Notes: generated from the letters alone by a model not told the origin. A stretch of DNA of 64,000 nucleotides from Eledone cirrhosa (GCA_964016885.1 OZ024753.1:34100001-34164000), one strand, 5' to 3'. Counted from the stretch's first letter, positions 28,301 through 43,952 are shown. Numbers and translations: made by a program.

Positions 28301-29274
28301 TCCTTTTGATCTATGTAATTGTATATATTTATACTGACTTCTCGCTGAATTACGTAGAGTTGTAATAAATATAAGATGCCACAGTCATTCAAGAGTTACG
28401 ATGTAAGTTAGGAAAGGTCCATGGAATACTTCCAAGCCATAATCCAAGGAAGTTATTTCAAATTATTAATACCACACACTATTGAAATTTTCCAACTGTA
28501 ATCGAAGCTTCATGTGAGTTCGTGTGTGGAAATGTGTACAGACGTGTAAGCACGTTATTTTATATGTTTCTCCTATATAGTTTATATCACCAAATCCCTG
28601 CTTTGGACATATATTCAATAAGATAGATGATAGATGCTATTTTATAGTTACTGTGAAGACAGGGAGAGGATACAATTGATTTACTCACAACATTGCTTAG
28701 ATTTGTGGGAAGATATTGTAGAATATATACATATACAAACATACGTACACTATAGGTACATACACACGTTTATAATATATATATATATATATAGAGAGAG
28801 AGGGGGGGGTAGAGAGAGAGAGAGAATCATCAGAGGTGTATTAAATTATCTACATATACGAGTGTATGTATGTGTGTGTTGTATCGATGCACGATTACTC
28901 ACCATCTATATGTAAAACTATGAACGGTGAGAAGTCGATGCCAGTGTTTGTTTCCTTGGGAGAGAGTATGAGTCTAATTACCCTTTCTGGGTACCAAATG
29001 ACCATACTTAAGATATATATATATATATATATATATATAAAGAGAGAGGGGGGGGGGTCAGACCTGCTTTTTCTCAAAGAAATCTTTTTTGTTTTCTGCC
29101 ACTGCTCACTCTCCTCTAGCTTTCTGCTTCTTTGTTAATGTCTTATTTTATTTTCTGGTGAAGGAACGTCAAAAATGTTATGACTCTTTTCCTACCATAT
29201 CAAGCGTAAAACTAATATATTTCAATGTATATATATATATAACGATGCAGTACATGTATATATATAACGATGCA

Positions 29275-29324
<50 letters not shown>

Positions 29325-29420
29325 AGGAGGTGAGTTTTATTGTAGTACAATAAAGGAATGATATGTTGATTTAAAACTGCACTATCCACAAGTGTTTTTA
29401 ACCTTCATATCATGTCTTCC

Positions 29421-29491
29421 TATTTTATCTGATGAAAACACAAATGTTATTGCATGATGATATTTGTTTTTGAAATGCGCATAATAAAATA
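29421..29491 (+). ncRNA. Type I hammerhead ribozyme
   Basis: tattttat-CTGATGA-aaacacaaatgtt..gatatttgttttt-GAAA-tgcgca-TA-ataaaata; perfect 8-bp stem I and palindromic stem III. It lies in a TA-flanked island at 29322-29522. Confidence 0.87.
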
Positions 29492-29521
29492 CATGGAACT
29501 CATTTAACCATCTTTTGATCT

Positions 29522-29562
<41 letters not shown>

Positions 29563-29899
29563 CTGTGTCTATGCGAGTGTGTATATATTGGTGTGTGTGT
29601 GTGTGTGTGTGAGTGAGTGTATGTCTTTGACTTTTCGTATATTTGTTTATAGATATATATATATTGTTGTTGATGTAAAGTCGATTACACAGGTATACGC
29701 TGAAATTGTTTGTATAATTCTGGGCGCTGAATTAGAAAATAAAAACCATTTTTTCCCATCATGTAATATTTGTTTTCAAAATACGCTTTTTTTTATAGTA
29801 TTCAATTATAACATTTTTTAATCATTATGTGTATATATCAGAAACAATATTAAAATATCCATATGGATATGTTTTTACGATGCTAATTCAGTATTTTCT

Positions 29900-31100
29900 A
29901 TTAAAGTATTTTCTGTGGCTGAAATATTTGTTTTGTTTCTTTATAAATAAATTAAAGTTTTATTATAGCGTCTAGACTTTGTGTGAAAATTCTTGATCTT
30001 TTATATTGCATTTGTGGAAAATTTGTAAAGAAATTGCAGATGAAATATGCGTTTTAGGTGTATGCCGAGCTGCTCTGCTGTGCTATTGAGTTTCATATTA
30101 CGACAGGTTTAGTGCAGTTTATTCTGTGATTGAATTCATTGTCTACGTAAAAAGCACCACACTGGCGGTACTTATCATCTATTTTCTACGAATTATCTTA
30201 GTTTTATTGTATGTTTACAATGTATAACCAAAAGAAACTATGTGTGTGACCTTGATCTGTGTATTGTTTTGTTTCAGTTTGTGTTTTCCATTGTATTTTT
30301 AATACTTTACGAATTATTCGTACATTGCCTAGCAGTGCCAGGGTATGTTTTCCATAGAAATACGTTCAGAGGTTCTAGTTATGGTTATGTTTGTGTGTTT
30401 TAATCATTCGACAAGCCATCTGTTATTATAGGCTATTTTCATATTCTGTCTACCTTTGTTTCCAAACCTTTATATTTGGATTAATTACCCGGGGCTTTTT
30501 TGCGGTGGGGTAGAGATTTTTGTAGTATAACAGCGGGATTTTGTAATAGGATTTTAGCTACAGAAGACCCACTTCCCTGTAACCGTGGTAAATATAATCT
30601 TTCTTTAGTTGTGTATTCTTTGCTCAGCTTCTAACACTGGAGCTATATTACAGAGTTAGCTATTCACTACTAGTGAACTGAGGTAACATCCCTTAGTTTT
30701 TCGACTACCTTCCAGAAGTATTCGAGCTGTTCCAAGCAATGATGTTGGGGGAAGAGTCGTGGAAATATTATTTTTCCTTGGTCTTCTCTCTAGTTTTACA
30801 AATGTTGTTAGTGTCTACATGAGAACAACAGGAAATCCACAATCTGCTCAGATGCATTTCTCCCTCCTCGTTCCTTTAAATACATTAATTAAACTACATT
30901 TCCTGCTGACACCTAATTAGTAAAGCTAATTTAGAAACTAATTTATTTAGAATTTCTTCAAACGTATCTACTGACAAGTCGAATAAATATTTAACAAGTA
31001 TTTTACTTAATAAGTTAGCTTCTAATTAGACAATATATTAATTTGGTTCATAAATGAAACTCCTAGAAATCTACTGAGCTACTAGACCAACAATTCCCAG
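29900..31100 (-). pseudogene. Possible highly decayed Penelope-like ORF remnant
   Basis: Scattered minus-strand peptides in the expected order: GFP, KRLYLP, KIAY, CGAFYV, SIAQ; many stops. Confidence 0.3.
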
Positions 31101-31229
31101 CCCAGGGAGTTGTGAACTAAGAATACTTTGCTAAAGCCTAATATGGACATCATTGGACATTCTTTCTTCTATAAGTATTCATAAGTATAAGTACTCAGTC
31201 TCTCTCTTTCAATATACACATATGTGTAT

Positions 31230-31444
31230 GTGTGTGTGTGAGAGAGAGAGACAGAGAGGGGGAACTAATATGTATGCATACAATTCATGTATATTAGTAA
31301 AGATGTGTGTGCAGGAGAAAGAGAGAGCTGATATACATGCATACATACATGTATATTAGTAAATATATATATATATATATGTGTGTGTGAGAGAGAGAGA
31401 AAGAGCTAATATATATACATGCATAGATACATGTATATTAGTAA

Positions 31445-31517
<73 letters not shown>

Positions 31518-31618
31518 GGAGAGCTGATATGTATGCATACATACATATATATGTATATTAGTAAATATATATGTGAGTGAGTGAGAGAGAGGGATAGAGA
31601 GCTGATATGTATGCATAC

Positions 31619-31676
<58 letters not shown>

Positions 31677-31818
31677 ATATTTGTAAATATATATGTAAGT
31701 GAGTGAGAGGGAGTGAGAGAGAGCTGATATGTATACATACATGTATATATATATATATGTATATTTGTAAATATATATGTAAGTGAGTGAGAGGGAGGGA
31801 GAGAGAGCTGATATGTAT

Positions 31819-31870
<52 letters not shown>

Positions 31871-32005
31871 TTGTAAATATATATGTAAGTGAGTGAGAGG
31901 GAGGAAGAGAGAGATGATATGTATGCATACATGTATATATATATGTATGTTTGTAAATATATATGTAAGTGAGTGAGAGAGAGGGATAGAGAGCTGATAT
32001 GTATG

Positions 32006-32070
<65 letters not shown>

Positions 32071-32129
32071 ATATTTGTAAATATATATGTAAGTGAGTGA
32101 GAGAGAGGGATAGAGAGCTGATATGTATG

Positions 32130-32208
<79 letters not shown>

Positions 32209-32290
32209 TTGTAAATATATATGTAAGTGAGTGAGAGGGAGTGAGAGAGCATATGTGTATGCATACATGCATACACATATGTATATTAAT
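31230..32290. repeat. Compound minisatellite (~10 units, each with a variable (TA)n)
   Basis: Unit gtatatttgtaaatatatatgtaagtgagtgagag..gagagctgatatgtatgcatacat(at)n. Confidence 0.92.
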
Positions 32291-32652
32291 AAACGGAAAT
32301 ACGGTTGATATGGCAACACACAAAACAGAAATTACTTAGGTTTTATGTTCCAGAAATCAGCAATATATGTTGTCAATGGTTTCATATCGTTTCTCTTAGT
32401 TTTCTTTAATTTATGTATTCATATTGAGCATATTATCTCCTTTTTTTTCCTGGAATGTTTCTTTCTTTTGTTTTGCACCTCATAAATATTACTACACTGT
32501 TGATTGTACTAACGTTTTCACAATGTCTTCAAGTATTTTGCATTTTCCATTTTTTACTTTTATTTGGTTCATTCTTCATTCTTCATATTCCGATGTCTGC
32601 TTCATATTGCACTTTTATTATTTTCCCCATCTCTATACTTGATTTCTTTATC

Positions 32653-32705
<53 letters not shown>

Positions 32706-34007
32706 GAAAGTCATTCCGTCTATTTCATGAGATGTTTATTGTTTATTGTATTCAGAAACAGTTCTATTTCTGCTTCATTTACTCTAGCACCTATAAATAT
32801 ATGAATATTATTCTTTAATATCCCACCATTTCATTAAATAAAAACATGATAGCCTTCGAAAAACAAAAAGGAAAAGTCGCAAATAAATTAATTATCATCA
32901 ATAGTATTAAGTTATGGTAAATATTTCCTAGACTCTACTTCAAAGAGAAATGGGAAGAGAAAGACAGTAACATTCAGTAAAATTTATCAGAAATATCTAT
33001 TGATATTATTAATATTATGGCAGAAGGCCAGCAATTATCCCAGTGCAATAAAGCACCAGTAATGTGCTGGGATAATTGCTGGCCTTGTGTCAAAAGTAGA
33101 AACAATTAATATTATGGAGGTGGTGGAGAGTTGGAAATGATAACACGACTGACAAAATATGTTCTCAGTTCAAAACATTAGATAAAAAAAAACAATTATC
33201 TTGTAGTAGAGGTTTGAGGGAAAATTCATTTAAATAAAAGGGGACCATGGTAATGAAAAGGTTGTAAACCGCTGCATTAAGTATATCAGATACTACTCAG
33301 TTAATGTACCATTATTATTATTATTCTTGGGCCATAGTTTGTGAAGTTGTTATTATTTGTCATATAATTTGATATATGTTGCATTAATTGTATCATGAGA
33401 AAAGTTTCTTTGCAATATTTCATATTTTCCCTTGGGGTTCTATGTTCAAAACTGAGGAAATAGACTTTGTATCTTATTTTCCAAATTCAATAAAATAAAA
33501 ACCTATATTATTCTATACCTACCCTGTGCTAATGTATAGAATGTGTTTACCTTTGAACTAAACATGGATGGTAGATTGGCAAAATTGCTATTTATATAGT
33601 AAACATAGTTACTTTCTGAGTTCAAATCTCACTGAGGTCAAATTTACTTTTTATCCTTTTGAAGTCAATAAAATAAAGTACTAGTCAAGTACTAGAATCG
33701 ATATAATCGACTTTCCCTTAAAATTAGAAATCATTATTTGAAATACACATTGTTTGTCTCTGAATATAAAACTTTGTTTATCTTTCTATGTAAAACCTAA
33801 ATTAAACAATGTTCTTTCAAAATTGAAAGCAAAAGTCACCTTTATAGTGGCTGTTGGTGGGGTTTATTTAGTATTTGTCTTTGTCTGTGAATAAACCACT
33901 CTAATTTTCATTACATCCTAATGTTCTTGACATATTATACAGTTGTAATGGTACAACAGCTTTCAGGTTTCTTTGTGGCATTTATATATATATATATATG
34001 TATATAT

Positions 34008-34207
34008 ATATTGTTATATTTGGGGAGAGTCATGTTGTTATAATATTGCCAGAAATATATAATAAAACACACTCACTGTTTGGTTGGGGTTGGTTTTCAC
34101 TTCCTTTATTATATATTTTTGGCAATATTATAACAACATGACCCACCCCAAATATAATAATATTTGTTTTAACACACGATTTCACATCAAAAAACCTTGC
34201 AAAACAA

Positions 34208-34210
<3 letters not shown>
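34008..34210. mobile_element. Palindromic repeat family in (TA)n (second copy 43750-43952, inverted)
   Basis: ~60-bp arms tatttgggg.g.gtcatgttgttataatattgcca around a ~40-bp spacer. Confidence 0.82.
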
Positions 34211-34245
<35 letters not shown>

Positions 34246-34412
34246 ATAATAATAAAATTGAAGACTAAAATCCAAAGAGGGCTCGATAAGGAAAATATAT
34301 ATCAAATATATAAGAACCGTAGAGCAAATATTTATTAAAATAACAGATTAAAGTTTATTAATCTGTTATATAATCTGTTATATAATCTGTTATTTTAATA
34401 AATATATAAATA

Positions 34413-34447
<35 letters not shown>

Positions 34448-34528
34448 TATATATATACAGAGATTATTAACACACTGCTTCTTAAGGACACCGACTATGG
34501 AGAAGTATCAAACGTAGAGTCCTACACC

Positions 34529-34582
<54 letters not shown>

Positions 34583-35101
34583 ATCTACACCGAGGTTAAC
34601 TTAGTTTTTCATCCGTCTTGGGAGAATAAATTAAAGAACCACTTAAGTACTGGAGTTGATATAATCGACTTTCCCCCCACCCACAAATTTCTGCATTGTG
34701 CTTAAATCAGAAATCTTCTTCATCACCATCATCATATTAACTACTAACACATAACTTAATAAAACAGAAGCAGAAGGTTTTTACTTATTCCAAAGAAAAT
34801 GAAGTGTTGATTTGTTGACAATGTTACAAGATCTAATGTTTCACTTTTAATATATACTTCGTACCATCTGTATATTGTATTCATGTGGAAAGAATAGAAG
34901 TGTGTTGGAATGAAAACAAAACTGTGTAAAGATATCAGGTGTGCAATGGTCCTTATCCGCGTTTGATGAATATTTTTGTTGTCAATTTTATTCTGTCTGT
35001 TTTAATTTTTTCGAAAAATATAGCATTTGTGTGTTTCTGTGTGAGTGTACACTATGCATACATACATAACTATGCCTATAATATGCCTTATTATATATAA
35101 T

Positions 35102-35132
<31 letters not shown>

Positions 35133-36284
35133 ACATATATATACATATATATATATATATATTGTATGTATGTGTGTCTGTGCGTATGCATTGTGTGTGT
35201 GTATACTATGCTTTCATACATATATATGCCTATATATAATATTGTGTGTGCGAATTTCTTTTCAGACACTGAAAGCTTCAATATTATGGCTTTTCTGTAG
35301 TTTTAGATAACATTATCCAAAATATATTGCTTTCTAATTCTTTCTCTATAGAATTATTGCTGAAAAGAGAAAAGACGGTAAAAAAAAAAGTATGCAATAA
35401 TAATAAAGTTATTATTGTGAGGAAAAAAAGAACGGCTTTATCTACTTCTCAAATCAGACGAGATAAAATGATATTGCTTGTTCAATGACTGAATATCGAA
35501 TGACGTAGGTAGTTTGAATACATATTTATACTGGCAAGATGATAGCCAAGAAGATGAACAGGCGATGACGCAGCAATAATAGTTATAGAAAATTAAGAAT
35601 TATTGCACCATAACGACTTCATAACAATGGCTCCTGAGAGCTGGATAAAAGGAGAGTTTCGAATTGACGACGTTAATCGGCAGCCAATAAGTATGAGAGG
35701 TAGATTTAGACAGTTTGCACTGGTGTCAAAGCATTGTTGTTTGTGCTATAGTTAATTGAGGTGATGTGAACACAGCATGATTGAATTGTTATAATGTTTG
35801 CTTTGCAATCATGAGTCCCTGAGTTTGATCCCACTTTATGGCACCATAAATAAGCGTCATTGCCTATGAGACAGAAATTGTTGTCAGTCTTTCTGACTGA
35901 CTTTATAAACTCTATACAAGTAATTCAAAGCAGCAGTACACTGTCAGGCAATGGGTCTCTCTGTATAATCAAGAAAGAAGACCATTGCCATATAATGGCT
36001 TGACGGGAACTTAAATATCACGCAATGTCAAGTTATTTATCTGAAAAGCTCTCATGCAATCCTGATTAAAGAATTTACTAATGTCGAAAGCAAAAACATT
36101 ATGTTATAAAATCTATATCTACCAACCTATTAAGTACCTTCTTTTTATATATATATATATATAGTCTTTAATGCGAAGAAATACCAACGATAATCAGCAG
36201 GCTACTGATGAAGGACATTCTTGTTTCTCGGTCTATTTTTATTCATATGTTCATATTCGCAACAACGGAGCACGCCATTTTTCA

Positions 36285-36316
<32 letters not shown>

Positions 36317-36322
<6 letters not shown>

Positions 36323-36411
36323 GTATCAAACTGAATCATCCGATTTCAAAAGACTATATGTGTTTCAAAAATATAGTCTTTTCAAATCAGATGATTCTTT
36401 TTAATACACCC

Positions 36412-36413
<2 letters not shown>
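36317..36413. mobile_element. Tc1/mariner-type MITE
   Basis: Imperfect inverted repeat tgtatcaaa.tgaatcatccgattt / aaatcagatgattc..taatacaccctg between TA runs. Confidence 0.65.
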
Positions 36414-36503
<90 letters not shown>

Positions 36504-36667
36504 TCTATCATGTTGTTGTGATATATATATATATACATATATAGATAAATATATGTATGTGTTAGAAAGAGATAGAGGATTGGTTGAGATCCTAGCGAAT
36601 TATATCGAGGTATTTAGTCATGCCCCATTGTATTTCAAATAGCCTCTTTCATATCATTTAAAAATAA

Positions 36668-37005
36668 TTGTTTCTAGTATTGGCACAAGGCCAGCGATTA
36701 CCCAGTACATTACTGGTACTTTATTTTATCGACCCCATAAGGATGAAAGGCAAAGTTAACCTCGGAAGGAATTGAACTCAGATCGTAAAGGGACGTAACT
36801 ATGCTGGAAAGCATAATCCGACCCTCTACCGATACTGCCAATTCACCGCCCTTATATCATTTAAAAATATCATTTAAAAATATCACTTAAATATCATTTA
36901 AATATCATTTATATATCATTTTAAAATAATTGTTTCTACTTTTGGCACAAGGCCAGCTATTACCCCAGTGTATTACTGGTACTTTATTTTATCGACCCCG
37001 TAAAG
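36668..37005 (-). mobile_element. tRNA-derived SINE plus partial re-duplicated copy
   Basis: Full SINE 36668-36853 and a second 3' part 36930-37002, separated by atatcattta tandem repeats of the target site. Confidence 0.82.
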
Positions 37006-37508
37006 ATATCATTTAAAAATAATACTAGTCATTTACTAACGATTGATTTAATCGAGTAGTCCCATCCTTTAAAAGTTAATAATTCAATATCCGAAGCAGA
37101 ATTTATACACGGATGTGAATACGTAAAGAAACTGCATAGCTACACACACACACATAAACATACATGTAGATGTGTGTAATAAAGTGCATTTATGTATACA
37201 TATATATATATACATATATGTATGTATATATATATATATGTATACATAAAAGAATAGAGGTGTAACACACAAGTTATTATATATTGGTAAACGGAATAGA
37301 AAATGCTGACAAATTGTTCACAGTTGAAAAATGGTTTAATTAGGAATAAAAGAGTATTAGTGATTGTATACATATATATATACATATATATATGTATACA
37401 TATATATATGTATACATATATATACATATAGATATGTGTGTGTATATGTAAATATACATATACATATATATATATGTATACATATATATATATGTGTGGG
37501 TGTGTATG

Positions 37509-37554
<46 letters not shown>

Positions 37555-37555
37555 A

Positions 37556-37597
<42 letters not shown>

Positions 37598-37638
37598 ATA
37601 TGCGTGTGCGTGTGTGAATATATATGTATATATATATA

Positions 37639-38003
37639 TATAATCAAGGTTTAGCAAATAAGAAAAAGTTTCAAAATAAATTTTTTTAAATTCACTGTAC
37701 TCACTATGGTTACCTTTACCGTTTCGAGTCTCAAAAATAAATGGAATTTCATATTCTCCGAGTGAAAAGAACCTTCTGACGAGAGTTTATCTTTTCAATG
37801 GAAGACCGCATGGACTGTCCATTTATTTTTGAGACTCGAAACCGATTCGGTAAAGGTAACCATAGTGAGTACAGTGAATTTCTTATTTGCTAAACCTTGA
37901 TTATATATGTTCTGGCTCGTTAATTTATTAACCTGCCATTGAACCACATTGGCATATGGTTGGACAATAGATGTGTCCCTGGACGCTTTTTGCGTGTAGG
38001 GAT
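37639..38003. mobile_element. Palindromic hammerhead element with tail, in (TA)n
   Basis: Arms 37639-37745 and 37818-37907. Confidence 0.8.
37771..37857 (+). ncRNA. Type I hammerhead ribozyme with extended stem II
   Basis: acctt-CTGACGA-gagtt...gactc-GAAA-ccg(att)cgg-TA-aaggt. Confidence 0.86.
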
Positions 38004-38011
38004 ATATACTT

Positions 38012-38049
<38 letters not shown>

Positions 38050-38369
38050 AATATATATATATATATACAAATATATATGCAAGCCCAATCGATCGGGATA
38101 TATATTGATCATTCGTCGCTGCTATCCCGTCTACACTCTTTGCAGAGTCTCTAGAAGAAGTAAGTCAACAAAATGAAGAAACTCTCACTCGATTCCAACT
38201 GAAGTGCTGGGAAATCGATGATTTGTCTTAACGAATTTATACGTGAAGACACTTTTATATAGAAAAAAGAATAATGGCTAAATAAATGATTTCGGCAAAT
38301 ATTAAACATACTTACATATAAGTAACATATATATACACTCACACATAAATGTGCATGGACACATGTAGC

Positions 38370-38427
<58 letters not shown>

Positions 38428-38596
38428 GTTTAACAAGGTTCAATGAATTAATCAATGAATAAAGTTTCACAATAGATTAGAAGCACTCTACAGGACTCTA
38501 ACTTAAGGTATATAAATATTGAGTTTTGTCATAACTAATCACTGCTATGACTGAATTATAACCATCAACATAGTCAAGGTATGTCAGGCATCAACT

Positions 38597-38662
38597 TATT
38601 TTATCTGATGAGGACGTACTGTTGAAATAGCTCAGTACCTCTGAAATATGTATAATAAAATA
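38597..38662 (+). ncRNA. Type I hammerhead ribozyme
   Basis: tattttat-CTGATGA-ggac gtactg..cagtac ctct-GAAA-tatgta-TA-ataaaata. Confidence 0.83.
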
Positions 38663-38703
38663 TATTGATCACATGAATGTCTATATTTATTAATATTTTG
38701 AAG

Positions 38704-38787
<84 letters not shown>

Positions 38788-38789
<2 letters not shown>

Positions 38790-39388
38790 CATCATCATCA
38801 TCGTTTAACGTCTATCTTCCACACTAGCATGGGTTTAGACAGGGATTGTCCCACTTGAGGTAAGATTGGTTGTGTTGCTTGTGTAGGACTATCTGGCAGG
38901 TTTTCTGCGACTGGATGCCCTTCCAAACACCAACCACGTTTACAGTGTGGACTGTGAGGTTTTTACCGTGTTACCTACACGGCCACATTGCAGCGTAGAC
39001 TGTGTGTGTTTTTTTTTTGTCGTGACACCTACACGACCTCATTTATTTAGGACTGGATGTTGCGGAACCAACATAACTTTACAGCGAAAGGAGTGGTGTA
39101 GCTGGGGGTGGGGAGATGGAGGTGTATATTTGGTTAAGAGGTGCCTACTGACTGTAGGTTTCGCTTTGTATTTAGGCAAGGCAGGTCTTCTGTATTACTG
39201 CGTGGCGCCAAAGATCTCGGTCCAGTGATATTGTCTTGGAGAGGTGTAAGTGTGTAAGGTAGGAATTTACCAAATCGTCCCAGGTTTTGCTGGGTCTGCC
39301 TACTCCGTAGCTACCGTCTATTTTGATCGCCCTGCACTTTTTTTATACAACTGTCGTCTTTCATGCGCATCACCTGACCATACCAACG
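38788..39388 (-). mobile_element. RTE-clade LINE 3' end (ORF2 C-terminus + 3' UTR + (ATG)n)
   Basis: Minus-strand translation from 39388 gives [40 protein letters not shown], the typical RTE W.GHV.R...GRP..TW motif. Confidence 0.82.
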
Positions 39389-39629
39389 TAGTCTTCTCTC
39401 TCTATATATATATATATGCATATATATATATATATATGTGTATGTGTATATATATATATACATATGCACATATATATGCATACATGTATATATATATATG
39501 TATGTATATATATATGCATGTATATTTATGTATATTTATGTATATATATGTATATATAGGTATGTATATATAGGTATGTATATATATATATGTATATATA
39601 TATATATGTGTGTGTGTATATATATATAA

Positions 39630-39703
<74 letters not shown>

Positions 39704-39713
39704 ATATATATAA

Positions 39714-39797
<84 letters not shown>

Positions 39798-40188
39798 GTG
39801 TGACAGTGTGTGTGTGTATACAACTATATATGTATGCATATGTATGAGTATATAGATTGTATTTGCAATGATGTGTGTATTTCTGTTAATATAAACATAA
39901 AATGTGTCAGGTGTAAATATTTACTGTTCCATTAATATAATTTGAATTCCTTGTCCTACAAATATGACCTGGCGGAGCAGGCCTATGCACATATACACAC
40001 ATTTAAGCACAAATATCCGCATATATATATATATATACATACAAATATACATACATACTTTTAATGTATATATATATATATATAATAATAATGCAAGGAC
40101 GATTTGTTATGCATTCATTAACTTTATTGATTAGTGAACCTACAGTAACTTCATGTTACACTCCCTGGAGATATATATATATATATAG

Positions 40189-40256
<68 letters not shown>

Positions 40257-40491
40257 TATATACACATACATATTTACATGTATAAACAAACATATATATA
40301 TATATATATGTGTGTGTGTATATATATATATATGTGTGTGTAAATATATATATATTTGTGTGTGTGTGTATATATATATATATGTGTGTGCATGTATATA
40401 TATATATATGTGTGTGTGTATATATATATATGTGTGTGTGTGTATATATATATATGTGTGTGTGCATGTATATATATATATATGTGTGTGC

Positions 40492-40613
<122 letters not shown>

Positions 40614-40672
40614 TTGTGTATGTATATATATATATATGTGTGTGTGCATGTATATATAAATATATATATATA

Positions 40673-40719
<47 letters not shown>

Positions 40720-40978
40720 GTGCCTACTGGCACATATCTACATGGAGTACATATAGCCTCGGCCTATGAAAACATATGCCAGCACATATACACACATGCA
40801 CACACACATACACACATTATTCCCTATTTTGAATATTTCTCCCAAATTTAATTTCCTGTAAACTGATTTACAAGAAATGAAATTAAACGCTCTCCCTCGG
40901 AATTGATTTTCTGGTAAACGATTCTGGCAAACACCAAAAATCAAAATCAAAATACATATGGAAATTTTTAATCACTAT

Positions 40979-41056
<78 letters not shown>

Positions 41057-41114
41057 GTATATAGATAGATATAGATATATATATAGATATATATATATAC
41101 ATATATATATATAC

Positions 41115-41192
<78 letters not shown>

Positions 41193-41196
41193 GTAT

Positions 41197-41235
<39 letters not shown>

Positions 41236-41319
41236 TAGATATATATAGATATATATAGATATATAGATATATATAATTGTGTGTGCATATATGTATTTCT
41301 ACATATATATTTATTAGTT

Positions 41320-41367
<48 letters not shown>

Positions 41368-41368
<1 letters not shown>

Positions 41369-41563
41369 CGAAGGAATTGTGGTAAGGAACCAGATGGACC
41401 ATAACGCACCAAAGTACTCAATACTTAGGGTGGGTAATAGGAAAAAGTATGACCCCGACGGCAGAGCTCAAGCCGTTTCGACGGCTATTTCTGGAAATAC
41501 CGTTTCCAGAAATAGCCGTCGAAACGGCTTGAGTTCTGCCGTCGGGGTCATACTTGTTCCTAT
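41368..41563. mobile_element. Palindromic mini-element with hammerhead 3' halves plus tail
   Basis: Arms ~41438-41497 and 41503-41563; GAAA-cggc..gccg-TC-ggggtc; same family as 42722 and 43182. Confidence 0.82.
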
Positions 41564-41571
41564 ATATATAC

Positions 41572-41649
<78 letters not shown>

Positions 41650-42428
41650 CAGGAAAACTTCTTGTTTGTTTAATGTCTGCGAAGTATATATGTATTATTT
41701 GCTCTGGTATTTTTCTCATTTTAACCACTCTTCTGCGGCGTGCTCTTACCTTGAATTATAAAAATCTATAGTTAATCATTAGTAATGATAAAAACCAGTG
41801 ATGTATTTTGTATTTAGTTTACCCCAATTGCTAGTTGATGTTAGTGTTTGATGTTCTTGTTTATATATATTAACACTTTTATGATTTTTCAAACATTTTT
41901 AATATATAGAATGAATTGTTTTAAATCACCCGAAAGGGAAATAATATAACCAGACTAAAAGATTAAACAAAAAATATAAAAGAACCACCTAAATCAAAAC
42001 TCTGTACCAAACACATATCAAATACCATTTTCATAATGTGTTTAATTAAAAATAAATCACTTCAAAAGAATCTACTAACATTAACCATTGATTACTCATA
42101 AATATAAAAAGATAAATTAATAGATGAAGCAAAATATAATCTCTTAACAAAATGGCACCCAGTCTTTTGTTCTACAACTTTCAACCATATGTTTGAAGAT
42201 TTTATAATTACTGTTGCTTTGTCGTTTTTTTTTTTTTTTGCTTTAATGTAATGAAAAGATATATCATATCAGGTTATAATAATTGCAGTCATATCCTGTC
42301 TAATCCTTTTCAAATACGACATAACACAATATACATCTGTTGGCTTATCTACATAAACACATACATACACATACATATATACACACAAGCACACCGACCC
42401 ACACACATACACACATATACATGCATGC

Positions 42429-42469
<41 letters not shown>

Positions 42470-42618
42470 TGCTTCTAATATGTTGTAACTTAACATTGTT
42501 GAATAATCAAATCGTCCTTATATTATTATATATATATCCTGATATTTCAAGCGTTAACCTAATATATTCCTTCCATATACTGTACGAATCGTGTTGATAT
42601 TTCTGTTCCCTTTAACAT

Positions 42619-42914
<296 letters not shown>

Positions 42915-43181
42915 TCTCTTTCAATTGGTCAAATTCTGGGACTGAGGCAAGGCAAACGCAGACTTCTAATATATGTGTATTATATATCTTATAGAGGAAT
43001 GATCATTTATATTTCAAAAATTAAAATATTTAAATGTAAACACCCAAAGAAGCATATCTATATTACCTTGGCAGGTTCAGCTACCCCTTCCCTCCACAAA
43101 TTGCCATGATAGAATTATTATGTCTCAACAACAAACTTTTGACCAATCCTTGTGACAATCACTTTTACCATATATGGAATT

Positions 43182-43277
43182 ACCCTTTGAGAAGCTCGGC
43201 TATTCAAATACCAGGATAAAAATTTTCATTTAGTCCAGAATTAGCCGTCGAAACGGCTTGAGCTCAGCCGTCGGGGT
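43182..43277 (+). ncRNA. Hammerhead motif with U3-A8 core variant
   Basis: accct-TTGAGAA-gct cggcta...tagccg tc-GAAA-cggct(tgagctc)agccg-TC-ggggt. Confidence 0.68.
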
Positions 43278-43357
43278 CCTACTCGTTCCTATATATATAT
43301 ATATATATATATATGAAAGCCCTAATTGTACAGCCAACCATGTCACTCTTCATTCTT

Positions 43358-43451
<94 letters not shown>

Positions 43452-43652
43452 GGTAGCTATGATGCTTCCATAGGCGGTATGCCAGTAGAGCACTCTATGT
43501 TCTTACAGAGCAGAGTGAGATATAATTTTAAACGAAAAATCAGTGATGCATCTGGACTCAGTTTATTGTGTGTTACTATTGTTTCGTCGGCAGATAGCTC
43601 GAGACACGATCATTGTATGGATCTGTCTGATTCTATATGTGTATATATATAC

Positions 43653-43729
<77 letters not shown>

Positions 43730-43749
43730 CATATATATACATATGGCGG

Positions 43750-43952
43750 TGAATTTGTTTTGCAATGTTTTTTTATATGAAATCGTGTGTTAAAACAAAT
43801 ATTGTTATAACTGGGGTGAGTCATATTGTTATAATATTGCCAGAAATATATAATAAAGGAAGTGAAAACTAACCCAAACCAAACAGTGAGTTTTATTATA
43901 TATTTCTGGCAATATTATAACAACATGACCCTCCCCAAATATAACAATATAT
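43750..43952. mobile_element. Second copy of the 34008 palindromic family
   Basis: Reverse-complement match across arms, spacer and flank. Confidence 0.82.

Noticed and set aside
36200-36240. CTGATGA-aggac motif (also isolated CTGANGA at 2961, 16448, 58590)
   Set aside because: No matching GAAA/stem III/stem I downstream.
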